Assembly: GCA_030704615.1 (NCBI GenBank)
Contig: CM060732.1
Coordinates: 37,324,001-37,388,000, forward strand
Length of the DNA: 64,000 nucleotides
Origin: Takakia lepidozioides
Lineage: Eukaryota; Plantae; Bryophyta
Direction: 5' to 3'
Below the pieces are notes generated by a model. That model did no database searches, was not told where the DNA came from, and saw only the letters and a list, made by a program, of their open reading frames with translations. Made by a program: the position numbers and the translations under genes. Shown here one piece after another: positions 13,361-25,072 of the stretch (positions within the stretch are counted from its first letter, which is position 1; each line of letters begins with the position of its first letter).

Positions 13361-16051
13361 TTAATCTGCATCTGGCAGTGTTGGCAGGCTGTGGTCAAGG
13401 GACCCAAATGATGGCCTGTGAACGAAGAATCTAACTCGTTTGTCGCATGGCAACAATGATTTAACCCATAGGAAGTTTTCGGGGGGCTTAGGGCTTAGCC
13501 TTTTGATTTTGATCATGGCCACCAGAGATAGCTCCAATGGGTCCTCTTGCACTGGGTTGGGGTGCATCTGAAACTGGTCTTTGTTGGGGATGTTGGTAGT
13601 GATACATGAGGGGATAACACGTTCATGTAGCAATCCCCGGTGCAAGGCTTGGTGGATGATATGACTGATGTTGGACAGGGGCTGTTCTGACTCCCCTATT
13701 TGTGTTGGGGGGATGAGGATGGCAGGTAGAGATTGTCTACGCGCCGGCTTATGACGTAGACCAGGCTTCCTACAAAGCAACCAACATCTTTTCGCATCAT
13801 TTGCGATTGGCTGATAAATGAAACAAGGAAGGGTGAGAGGCTGCACCTAGGTTTGGATGGGTTCCTGCGATTGAGTTGCAGGCGGTGGCGAGGCTTCTCC
13901 CTTATCTTTGGACTGGATCTCCAGATGTAAGGGGGCTGGTGATGAGGCCATTCCAGCTCCCCCTGATACTGAGTCGACTGATGAAGAAGAGGTTGTGGGC
14001 AGTCTTGCTCCTCCCACTTGCTCCCTGGTTCTCTGCAGCTCCATTCGGTGGTTCTCCTCTTCCATCTCCACGTCTAGCCTCATTGAGAGTAAGGTGAAGG
14101 TGTTGCGCAGTGCATCTCTTGTCCTGATCTTGAAACCGCCCTGCCCCCAAACCCTGATAAGCGCCGACTCATTAATCCATAGCGCTCCTGGAGGGGCAGG
14201 GGTATGATACACCTCTGCTTCCTCAAGAAGAGCCAGGATGTGAGTGGAAGGTTTGGTTGTGAGGCCCGGGTGGACTTCCTTGTATGCCCCCCAGGTGATC
14301 GTTGAAAATATAGTGATGAGCTAGTGCTTGAGGTGGGTTTTGAAGAACTCCTGTATTTTTGCCTTTATCATGGGGTGTGGGTCATTGTTTGGCGGGCATG
14401 TGGCAATGAAGGCTTTGACATCCGCTGTGGTAATCCATAGTGATTCCAGACATTTTATGTTTCCAGAGGAGATAAGAATGGAGGGAGACGTACCTTTCCT
14501 GAAGATCAAGGGAGTAACACAAGATGCCCTGGGGATATCGTCCGAGTCCAACTGTGAACATCCCCCTAGGATCAGTTTGGGGTATGTGTTGAGTCTTGTG
14601 AGGCACAATCTGGCCAGGATTGGGTTGTTGGCTATGCCTGACTGCATGCTTTTGTAAATGCCCCTTGGATCCAATTCCGGTTTCAGGCCAGCCTTCTGGG
14701 ATTTGGGTTGCCTTTCCCTCCCTTGCTCAGTACATTTTCCTTTCCCTTTGTGTGCTGGTGGGAGCATCTTCCCAGCTTCGAGATACATGGGATCTGAGTG
14801 TTGTCCTTGGTTCCTTGGCATTGGACTGATCTGCAGCAGGTCTGTGTTCTGGGCTATGTTTCCGTGTGCCTCCTTTTGCCCAGTTTGGGGGAGGGCGTTT
14901 TTTTTTCCTCCATTGCTGGTTGAGTGGCGGTAGTGGGCCTGACTTGCCTCCTGATCCTGGGGATCTTTTTCTTTTCCCCGAAGGACAGTCAGCTTTGATA
15001 TGGCCTGTTTTTCCACAGTTGAAACACGCTACCGAGGTCTTCTCCTCCAGCAGTCTGATTGTAAAGTAATTACCTTTTTCATCGATGGGGAGTCTTACAT
15101 AGTCCGGGATTGTGTCTTCCTCCCGCATCATAAGCACCATTTTTGCGAATCCATTATCATTCGGCCTTGATGCTATTGTGGCATGTTTCCATGCCAGGTA
15201 TTTTCTAATGTTGTCAGTGTTCATGAGTGGATCAAACACTCCCAGGCAACCCAGAAAGGATCCAAAGTGGTTGGCAATGTCAAGGATGTTGAGAAGATAC
15301 TAGTCTGGAATATACGGAAGAGATACTATCCTTGGACCCCACAACTTCCCGTTTTTGTGTCCCCACTTTGCTGACCATGGAAAGATATTTATGTTAAACC
15401 CGAGCAAGTGTGGGTTGATCTAGAGGGGTTTTGCCGTTGCCTCTTGAGTCTCAAATTGCACGGAAAAGAAGCCTCTGCCTTTGGCGTGGCAGAAATGAAG
15501 AGCTCATCCCCCCCTCCCAAGTGCTTGATAGCCCAGTCCCTCACAAATGATCTACCCACTTTCTTACCAGGGAAGTGGATGAGGATTCCGCTGTCTTCCA
15601 TGCAGGACACCCTGCTTTTGAGGTCTGGCATGTCCACCAGTATAATCTGGTGGTCCCCACTGAGGCCTTCCTGCGTGGCAATGAGGTCTTCCCCCATCAG
15701 GTCACCTTCCATCTGATTTTGAATCTGAGTCGCCTCCATCTGTTGTCTTGCAGGTGTGAACATCGGCTGAGGTGCAAGCTGAAGGGCTTGAGTTGGAGGT
15801 GGTGGTGGGCCCTGCATTGTGTGTGCAACTGTAGGCGGATGAGGATTCGTGGTCTCTCTTGTAATCAATTGTCCCCTTCTCTCTCCAATCCCCCCGATGG
15901 ATTGAGTTTGGTGTGCAAGAAAGTATCCTGTACCGGAAGTTGGGCGGGACCTTGGCCAGAAGTGAGGACTGGTGGGCCCTGTTCGATATCCCCTGCCACG
16001 AGCTGAGCTCTGGCCTCTCGAGCTGAATTGCATGCTCCTTGGCGGAGACAT
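13361..16051 (-). pseudogene. LINE ORF1 region (zinc knuckle plus long C-terminal extension), frameshifted
   Basis: Chain of same-strand ORFs 15389-16051, 14727-15239, 14321-15016, 13847-14212, 13361-13846 upstream of the endonuclease. Confidence 0.7.
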
Positions 16052-16384
16052 CGTTCGCCGATGAGTTGTCTACAACTATCAGTTACTGAGAGTAGCCTAG
16101 CGATGGAAGTGGGTGCACTTCCGCTTAGCTTGAGAAATGAGTAGGTGATGAGCTTAGGGGCTGACTGGTTGGGGGCACGGGAGTTTGCTGGGCACAATCA
16201 TACATTTGATTTAGAGAAATCTGTCTTTCATAGGTCCAAGTAGGGCCTAGTATTAAAACCCTTATGACTATTCAATCAATTTTGACTATTTGATTTTATG
16301 AAGTCAATATTCAGTTGTTTATATGAATTGTAGTGCAGAAAGCTTGACATCCTAAAACCATATCATCTTCAAAATACTGACTAC

Positions 16385-16531
16385 TATTGGAGTCTCCTTA
16401 AGAGCAACAAACGGAGAGGCAACACATGCAGATGCAACCAACCTAGAAAGCTGAAACCTTTTTGATAGTAGGGATGATTCATCGTCCATCTCTCATTGTA
16501 AGAAAGATTCATGCGTTGCACAGCCTACACA
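16385..16531. repeat. Dispersed direct repeat, copy 2 (copy 1 at 5229-5403)
   Basis: Same sequence as 5229-5403 with a short internal deletion. Confidence 0.85.
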
Positions 16532-16537
16532 CCGAAA

Positions 16538-16563
16538 ATATATATATATATATATATATATAT
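16538..16563. repeat. (TA)n microsatellite
   Basis: Direct reading. Confidence 0.95.
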
Positions 16564-17163
16564 GGACGCGTTGCCGAAGCAAGTGTAACTTATGGTGTCA
16601 CTTTGACCCAGAAGGGCTACTGCCTTCCGGTAGGAAGGTGGACACCTTTGTAACAACTGACAGGATGGTTTGAACCAATGTTGGCCGGGTACCATGTTTT
16701 GAGCCCTCTTCCGGTCATGGGTAAGGCATTGCAGGGATGTTTCTTGATTTTAGTGAGCTTATGTCAAAGCATGGCAGGGTATACACTAAAGTTTGTAATT
16801 CTTTGAACCCCTGGGCTTACATGTAAGCACATTCATGAACATGTTTCTTATTGATTGGATCATGGACTCTGCAGGTGGCTGACAGGGAGATTATCCGTTC
16901 CCTCTATAACATATCTTCTTAGGCTCATGGGTTCTTTTGCCTTGCCTTGAGATTTCCTTACTTGTTTTACTTCTGCACACAACAGGTATCTTTTACAGCT
17001 GATTTTGCTGTAAAACCTGTGACATCTCTGATGATATGCCAAGGGGAATAACATGACCTCTTTGGCAGCAAGTCCAAGAGTCTATTTTTCATGAAAACTT
17101 GACTTTGTATCTCTTTATGTTTCCTGCATTAGCATAGTTTCCATTTGGAAAGCTATAGAATGC

Positions 17164-19454
17164 GTAGAAGACCCGCTATGGACCTCGAGCTTCCTCACTA
17201 ACTCTCACCTTGGTGTGTGGTTTTTGGGACGGGCGACAGGTGAGGGTCTTCTACTTTCTTTGAGGCCATGCTTTGCGGGTTGCAGATAAGAGGTGGACTT
17301 CAGATTGTTGCAGAAATGAAGCAGTATGGAACATGGGAGTTCTCGGAATGGACTGCCCCCTCTGTTTTATGTGTGGAGAAAATGCACTGGGCATTTTTTG
17401 GTTGAGCTGTCTTGAACATGATCTTTTTTGTTAGGCCCTTGGGTAGCTCTTTGCTATGACCCATTGGTTTTAGGATCATATGGTAAAGCTCTGATTGAAT
17501 AGTAACTCAATAACAAATTGATGAGTACTTTGCATATGAATTCTGCTGCTATCTAGGCATGACATATCTTTCTACAGGGGCTGTGATTTGGAACAGCAAT
17601 GTGAAGTACCTGCTGGTTTGATACCCTCCTCTTATGAAGGATTTTTGATGAACTTGCCCATTAGGGTGCTGGTTGCGCTTGAGGAGTGACACTGGTTTAA
17701 TGGTTTAGGTGTTCTTTTACATGGATTATTGGGCATGACCCCATAATCTTTTTAAACACCTTTCTTTACCAGGTCATATCCTGCCCAACATCCCACCCTA
17801 TTTGATGCTTATTGGCTGATGGTTTCTTTAGTGGCCGTTTTTTGAAAGTGTACCCATGGGTATGAGAACTATAACTACTTGCTTCTTCATATCCCCACCC
17901 ACCCTCCCTAGTTAATTTGAAGTGATTCAAAAAAGATAGGAACTATGGATAAAGGACCATCGGAAGTGGTTTTTCATATTTGACCTGCTTGTTAAACATC
18001 CGCAGCTCTTTTATGTCCCTTTTAATCATGAGTTGTTGATTCATGACCTAGCACCATGCCCTCCCACCCGGAACCTTCCCTACATACATGGACTGTTTAT
18101 GATGGTGCCTCGCTACGAGGCCAATTTGTCATAATTTGTGACCCTTCCTTAGTGGTTGGACGTCCTTTCCTTGTCTTGACAAGACAAGTCCATCTTCCCT
18201 CTCTCTCTCTCTCTCCTCTCTTTTGTGCTCCTCACCAAAAAAAAAACCCCACAGAGGGAAAGAGGGGGTAGAAAAAGTTAATAAGAGAGAGGGAAGATAT
18301 TCATGTCAGGTCAAGACATGGACAAGACCCTACTAGGGTCATTGTCAATTAAAGACATAAACAGCCCAAAACAGGGCACCATCTTACATTTGCATTCTTG
18401 TCATAGCTTCCCATGAATTGACATCACCCAATCAATCATGATAAAACAAGGTGGGAGGGCGGGGTTTGTTCATGTAGGGGATGCAAGCATCTTGAACACC
18501 CGAGATCCGGCCATCTTGGCCAATGAATCATTAAATTGCAGGTTACGAGCTTGGTGTCATGACAAGGTCAGAATCACTGATTGTAGCACCTTACCTTATC
18601 AGCATAGGGTCATGCATCAAACAAAGCATAAGGACCGACCTGCAATATTTAAGAATCAGGACATGCCTCCAAGAAATCTACTTGGGCATGATAAAACAGA
18701 TTCCATACCATTTGTAATCACCCCAAGACGTGTAATCATACAAGGCGTCAAGGGAATGTGAGATCAGCCTGTCATATTGCAAATTCAAGACATGTACACA
18801 CAAGCATCTTGAAAACTCAGATTGCAGGTCATAGGCCTGATGTCACGACAAGGCCAAAACTATAGGTAGGATTCCATTACAGCTTACCATCCTCATCTTT
18901 CAAGAGGTCCATGCTAAAGCTTGCAAAGAACGCCTCAATATGATCCAGCACACACCAAAACCAGGCCCGAAAAGGAGCAGTTCGGTTCCTTATCAGGCTG
19001 CTGCCATAACATTCAAGGCCCCCACGTCCTTAGAGCCCCAAACCTGCCAAAGCAACCCCCATAAAACCAGATCCTCTTTGGCCAAAAGAACTTACAACCT
19101 AGCTCAATAATCCACATGCCCTGCTGTCAAAGATCAAAAGATAGGGTATGGTTTGTATGCAGGCCTCAGGAAACAGACCAGACAGGTCGAGCTGCCCATC
19201 AACGGCAGAACGACAGAAGCCAAAACAGAGGTTGTAGCATGCCAAACCAGAAGCAGTCGGGTTGAAATCGGGGCTGCAGGCAGCAGCCACCTCACAATGC
19301 AATAACCCATAGGTCTTCTCAGCCCATATCCCAATCTGCATGTTCAAGAAACTTCAAAGTAGGTGAGGATCCTCACCTGGTCCCATCACAAGCCCCCACA
19401 AAATCAACAGATTAGTGAGGGTTGTGGAACCCCAGGTGAATCACAGACCCTCAC
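17164..19454. repeat. Palindromic unit 1 (diverged arms; minimum extent)
   Basis: Structured motif at 17164-17254 (+) mirrored at 19363-19454 (-). Central inverted repeat TTGTCTTGAC..CATCTTCCCTCTCT / AGAGAGGGAAGAT..GTCAAGACA at ~18170-18320. Confidence 0.7.
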
Positions 19455-19924
19455 ACTTGTCATCGATGTCAACTAAGAAACTCAAAAGCAAGAGCAGAAG
19501 ATAAGAACACAAGGATCCCTAAACTCCAAAGGCACCTTAAGCGATTGGGGAAGAGGGTTATGCGCCATCACCACCCGCAGCAAGCCGCCTCCACAAAGCA
19601 CATGAGCAATGAAGCAAAGCAGGCAAACTTGCAGGGCAATAAAAGAAAGAGAGAGAGACTTCCCAGCACAAATGCCCTTGCTAAACTTAAAAGCCAGAGG
19701 AGGGAAGATGCCACTGCATTGACATCAGTGTTTCCCGCTGCAAGAGAGACAAGGCGCCGCCTTCGCGCCTCTCCAGGCGCTCATCCAGCACAGGAACGAC
19801 ACCACAAACGGGGCAGCCACCAAAGCACGTCCGCCATAACACTCTCCCCGCGAGCTCAGAAGCACATCGCGTGCTTCTGACAGCGGGAGAGACAACATAG
19901 GGTTTTTCCCCCCCCGATTTTTCG

Positions 19925-20532
19925 TCCGTGGATGAGAAACAGTAGAACACATCCTTCTACCCTGACAGATTTCATCTGTGGCAGGGTTAAAAATAGGTTT
20001 TAGGGTAGGGGTTAGGGTTTCCCCCATAATTAATCATAATTAGGGGTAGTTAAGATCAATTCCAGGCCATAATCATCTGTACTCGTCATCCATAAAACAA
20101 TCACTTTGTCTGGATGAAAAATTAGGGAATATCATCCATGGCAGCGGTTTACCTCCACCTAGGTAATTCATCATTCCTCACCAGACCATCCGGTATGGAT
20201 AAAAAAGAGTCAATGAAAGAGGAATGAAAAATTATTATCCTGGTAGTTTTTCAACCGGTATGGATGAAAAATAGGATGTTGTTGGCAACCCTCATAGAGG
20301 TAATTTTTTCATTCCATGGTGACTCATCTGGTATGGATGAGAGTCAATAAAGGAGGAATGAAAAAGCCAAATGAACCATCCTAGAGGTAATTCAATGTCC
20401 ATCCTGGTGGCTCATCCGGTATGGATGAAAAAAGCCGATGGAGGATGGATGAGCCTCTGTCAAAACTTCATCCGGTATGTGTGAAAAAACAGGAAATCAA
20501 CACTGATAGCAAACTGTCGGTTCCCAGTAGAG
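19925..20532. repeat. Array of short CCGGTATGGATGAAAA/CATCC repeats, resembling CACTA subterminal repeats
   Basis: Multiple GGATGAAAA and CATCC units in both orientations, ending in TTCCCAGTAGAG (one mismatch from a TAGTG terminus). Confidence 0.55.
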
Positions 20533-21154
20533 AGGGAGACAGAGGGAGAGAGGGGGCACCCACCAACCAGCCCCTGGTATGGCAGTCACTTATGGAGTAA
20601 GTGTGGTATGCACTCACCCCGTAAGGGAGTGCATACCAGACCCTTTCATAAGGATTCTCCCTCTTCAAAGTAGCTTCTAACCCCTGGACAGATTTGCCAA
20701 AGGGGTTGGAAAGGCCTACTTCCTCATCCTCTCATGTCAAGAAACAAGATTCTATTGTCATGGATCACAGATAAGTGTAAGGTAGGATGGTAGCAACTTG
20801 CTGCCCATCTATACACCATCCTGGTTTTAAAGCCAGTTTTTCCAAAGGTATGATAAGCACATAGCATATGTAGGCACATAGCATATTACATATGCATATT
20901 TTTTTAGTGGTGCTACATAGAGCAAAGCCACTTGTAGAGAGGTATGAAAGCATATGAGCCAAAGAGTATCTAAAACTGATACAAGGCATCAGCTACAAGA
21001 AACCATCTAACACGAGTAGTGTACATTGACCGGATCATGTAGAAGGTGTACACATACTCCTGCAGGTGGTTTTACCTGGGCCTAGCTCAATATATCGGTA
21101 TGAAGATAAACCTCAAAAGCACTATGTTTATATCAAAGACCTCCGTGCCCAAAT

Positions 21155-24100
21155 GAAGTCTCTCTCTCCCTCCCTTTATAAACCCTACCTTTTGAGACAA
21201 AGCTCTTTTTTCTTGTGCTTGGCAAGACTTTGCTTTGGTTAAGGTAGCAGTGTTGTGGTGTTGGCAGAGACCTCCCTGCACGGTTGGGCTTGTGGAGAGA
21301 TGGTGACCCTCCCCCAAACAGTAAAAAAAAAAGGTTCTTTTTCTGTTTGTCTTGCTTCCCTGCTTTCTTTGGCGTTCTCTGCGCTTAGATTCAAGTGTAT
21401 TTGACCTCGATAGCAAGTGTGGAAGCCTGCTACTCACCTCGTGCATCCTCACTAACTCACAATGCGTTGTGGTTGTTTTTGGGACGGGCACAGGTGAGGG
21501 CTTCCACTTAATATACTGATGTCTAGGTACTGCTGGATGCCAAGTGGGATCGCAGAGCTGGGGAAGGAATCGCTTGCCATGGAATCATCCTAAAATGTTG
21601 AAAAACTAAACTACTCTATGGTTTTTCTTGATCCTACCAGCTCTTTCCTTCCTTTATTTATGAAGAACAAGTGTAATGCTTTCTACGATGGGCTATTTCG
21701 GCCCAGCCAGTGGAAGACCTCTGCTTTGTTGTGACAGCCGGGTTTATGATGGCTTGTGTGAGAGACACACATCTGTTTTCCAGGCCCTAGTTTGCTTTGC
21801 TTACCTTATGGTAGTTGGAAACAAAATGAGAGGCTGCAAGGAACTGTTTGCTGCAGCTACTCGGGTACCCATGTTGGTAAAATGCCCCTGTTATGTTCCA
21901 ACCCGGATGGCTTTGTTAGCTAGATGCTTAGGCCAGGGTATGGTGAAGATTCTGCCTGTGGCTATTCGGCTGACACTGAAATATGGCAGCAATATAAGTG
22001 GTAACTAGTTTTTGAGGCAGCCAGGGTGGTTAAGTGGAAATACCCCCTGGACATGGTGTAATGACAAATGTGGAATGATGTGAATAGGGTGTACTGACAG
22101 TATCATATACTGTCACAGGATGTATATGCAGTCCTTTATCTTTATCTTGTTGTGTCATGAACTTTGATTTTCAGCTGTAGCAAGAAATAAAGGTATAGGG
22201 GTATTCTGGAAAACTTACCAGACATATCCACCTCCCCTGTGGGGGCAAGCTGTGCTGCAGACCAGTCTAAGCAAATACTGGCAGGGCAAGGTATTTAAAT
22301 ATGTGATATCCAAGTGTTCTTTTTGTTTTAAAAAAAAAACCCCTCCATGACACCCATGGGGTTTGAGTAAGTATGATTGGATTACAGCTTGCGGACAGTA
22401 AATCTGTATGACCATTTGACCTGCACCACATCAAGGCCAAAATATGGCCAAGTACCCGCCATCCTACCCAGACCTCTGAATGTGTATCATGATCATGAAT
22501 GATGGTCAATCAGCATCAGTGGCATACTCTTTGGGTTATGAATAATACTGACATGAACACATTACTGTGCATGGATGTAATTCTGGATTTTTCTAAGCTT
22601 GATGATTGATGAATGGTGCCACTGTTAAGTGGTGATATGTCTGATTATTCTTTCATGACAACGACCCTAGGGGTCCTATCTTTGTCTTGACATGACAAAA
22701 AGTATCTTCCCTCTCTCTTTTTAACTTTTTCTGCAGAGGGGTCAACTCTGAGGTTAAGAAAACCATGCTTTGTCGCATTATTAGACCTGCCTTGGAGTAC
22801 GGATCTGCAATATGGGTTGATAAATCTGACTTAGAGAGGCTGTAGTGTCCAAAGCCATGTCTGTTGCCATGAGATTGTCTGATGAAAATGAAGTTCGGCA
22901 GAAAACTTCCCTGAACTTGTTTCCAGTCAATGACATGGGGGAGGACATCTTGGATGATCTCAAGGGTCTACCCACTCTCGGCACTAGACTGAAATTTAAA
23001 CTCAGGGCAGGAAGCCTACCTTTGAACATCAAACAGAAGCAGAGAGGAAAGGGAGAGTGCAATTGTCCGTTGTGTGGGCAATCTGAAGACAGTACTCATT
23101 TTCTGATACACTATCCGGGGTTGTCTCACCAAAGAGACACTCTCTTCAAATTTATCAAGGGAATTGTGCATGTACCTATGTTTACCAACTTTGAAAGTCT
23201 CAAGGCTGAGCCAAAAGCCCAGGCCCTCCTGAGGCTCAGTTATTGGGCAAATCACACACAGCAGATTGATGCTTGTGTGAAGGGATTTCTAGAGGATATA
23301 TGGAAAACCCGGATTAATTCTATATATGAAAGTAAGTCTTACTACCAACGTCAGCCCCTGACAGAGGTAGGTTCTGTCCCTTTTGTTTCCACTCAAACTA
23401 GGCGCGGGGTCAATGGCCACAAAGCTACGGCAAACAACGTCTTATGAGTACAATCTTTTTAACTTTTTCTACACCCTCTCTCCTTTGTGGTTTGTTTATT
23501 TTTGTGAGCAGCAAAAAAAAGAGGGAAGATACTTTTTTGTCATGTCAAGACAAAGACAGGACCCCTAGGGTCGTTGTCATGAAAGAATAAATAGACATAT
23601 CAGCCACTTAACAGTGGCACCATCCATCAATCATCAAGCTTAGAAAATCCAGAATTACATCCATGCACAGTAATGTGTTCATGTCAGTATTATTCATAAT
23701 CCAGAGAGTATGCCACTGATGCTGATTGACCACCATTCAAGATCATGATACACTTACAGAGGTCTGGGTGGGATGGCGGGTACTTGGCCATATTTTGGCC
23801 TTGATGTGGTGCAGGTCACATAATCATACAGATTTACTGTCTGCAAGCTGTAATCCAAGCATACTTACTAAAACCCCATGGGTGTCATGGAGGGTTTTCT
23901 TAAAAAAGAAATGAACACTTGGATATCATAGATTTAAATACCTTGCCTTGCCAGTATTTGCTTAGACTGGTGTGCAGTATAGCTTGCCCCCACAGGGGAT
24001 GTGGATATGTCTGGTAAGTTTTCTAGAACACCCCTATACCTTTATTTCTTGCTGTAGCTGAAAATCAAAGCTCATGACACAACAAAGTAAATATAAAGGA

Positions 24101-25072
24101 TTGCATACACATCCTGTGACAGTATATGATATTGTCAGTACACCCTTCACATCATTCCACATTTGACCATGTCATTACACCATGTCCAGGGGGTATTTCC
24201 ACTTGACCACCCTGGTTGCCTCAAAAACCAGTTACCATTTATATTACTGCCATATTTTAGTGTCAGCCGAATAGCCACAGGCAGAAACTTCACCATACCT
24301 TGGCCTAAGCATCTAGCTAACAAAGCCATCTGTGTTGGAACATAACATGGGCCTTTTACCAACAGAGGTAGCTGAGTAGCTGCAGCAACCATTTCCTTGC
24401 AGTCTCTCACTTTGTTTCCAACTACCATAAGGTAAGCAAAGCAAATTAGGGCCTGGAAAAAAGATGTGTGTCTCTCACACACGCCATCATAAATCAGGCT
24501 GTTACCACATAACAGAGGTTTTCCACTGGCTGGGCCGAACTGGCCCATCGTAGAAAGCATTACACTTGTTCTTCAAAAATCAAGTAAGAAAAGAGGTAGG
24601 ATCAAGAAAAACCATAGAGTAGTTTAGTTTTTCAACATTTTAAGATGAGTCTTTGGCAAGCGATTCCTTCCTCTACTCTGCAATCCCACTTGGCATCCAG
24701 TAGCACCTAGACATCAGAATATTAAGTGGAAGCCCTCACCTGTGCCCGTCCCAAAAACAACCACAACGCATTGTGAGTTAGTGAGGATGCACGAGGTGAG
24801 TAGCAGGCTTCCACACTTGCTATCGAGGTCAAATATACTTCAATCTAAGCGCAGAGGAAACCAAAGAAAGCAGGGAAGCAAAAAAAACAGAAAAAAAAAC
24901 CTTTTTTACTGTCTGGGGGAGAGTCGTCATCTCTCCACAAGCCTAACTGTGTAGGGGGACTCCGCCAACACCACAACACTGCTACCTTAACCAAAGCACA
25001 GTCTTGCCAAGCACAAGAAAAAAGAGCTTGGTCTCAAAAGGTAGGGTTTATAAAGGGAGGGAGAGAGACTTC
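21155..25072. repeat. Palindromic unit 2: ~1.55-kb inverted repeat arms (21155-22713 and 23520-25072)
   Basis: Arms align end to end at roughly 90% identity by eye. Mirrored ORF pairs: 21676+/24560-, 21491-/24742+, 22509-/23726+. Confidence 0.97.
22733..23453 (+). mobile_element. 5'-truncated non-LTR retrotransposon (ORF2 C-terminus, RTE-like) with 17-bp TSD
   Basis: TCTTTTTAACTTTTTCT at 22716-22732 and 23454-23470. ORF 22845-23447 has KLRAGSLPL..CPLCGQSEDSTHFLIH, a post-RT zinc-finger motif. Confidence 0.85.

Larger units (their letters stand above)
8837..16200 (-). mobile_element. L1-clade LINE, near full length, inactivated
   Basis: ORF1 has zinc knuckle CFNCGKTGHIKADC. ORF2 has APE endonuclease (FIQEHK, VNIYAPN, AGDFN, ARLDRIY, DH), RT (NYRPITLLN, LLDFEKAFDRV, MFVDD) and C-terminal CKCC..ETIEHCLLHC. 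The T-tract at ~8837-8849 may be the poly(A). Ends are approximate and no TSD was identified. Confidence 0.92.

Noticed and set aside
16632-16730. tRNA gene
   Set aside because: B-box-like motif only; no cloverleaf.
17164-17254. Known ribozyme, TPP riboswitch, SRP or snoRNA identity for the structured motif
   Set aside because: Hammerhead, twister, HDV, hairpin, TPP and C/D or H/ACA core motifs could not be matched by eye.
21676-22509. ORFs in palindrome arms as genes
   Set aside because: No recognisable domain, stops differ between arms, and they are not conserved in unit 1.
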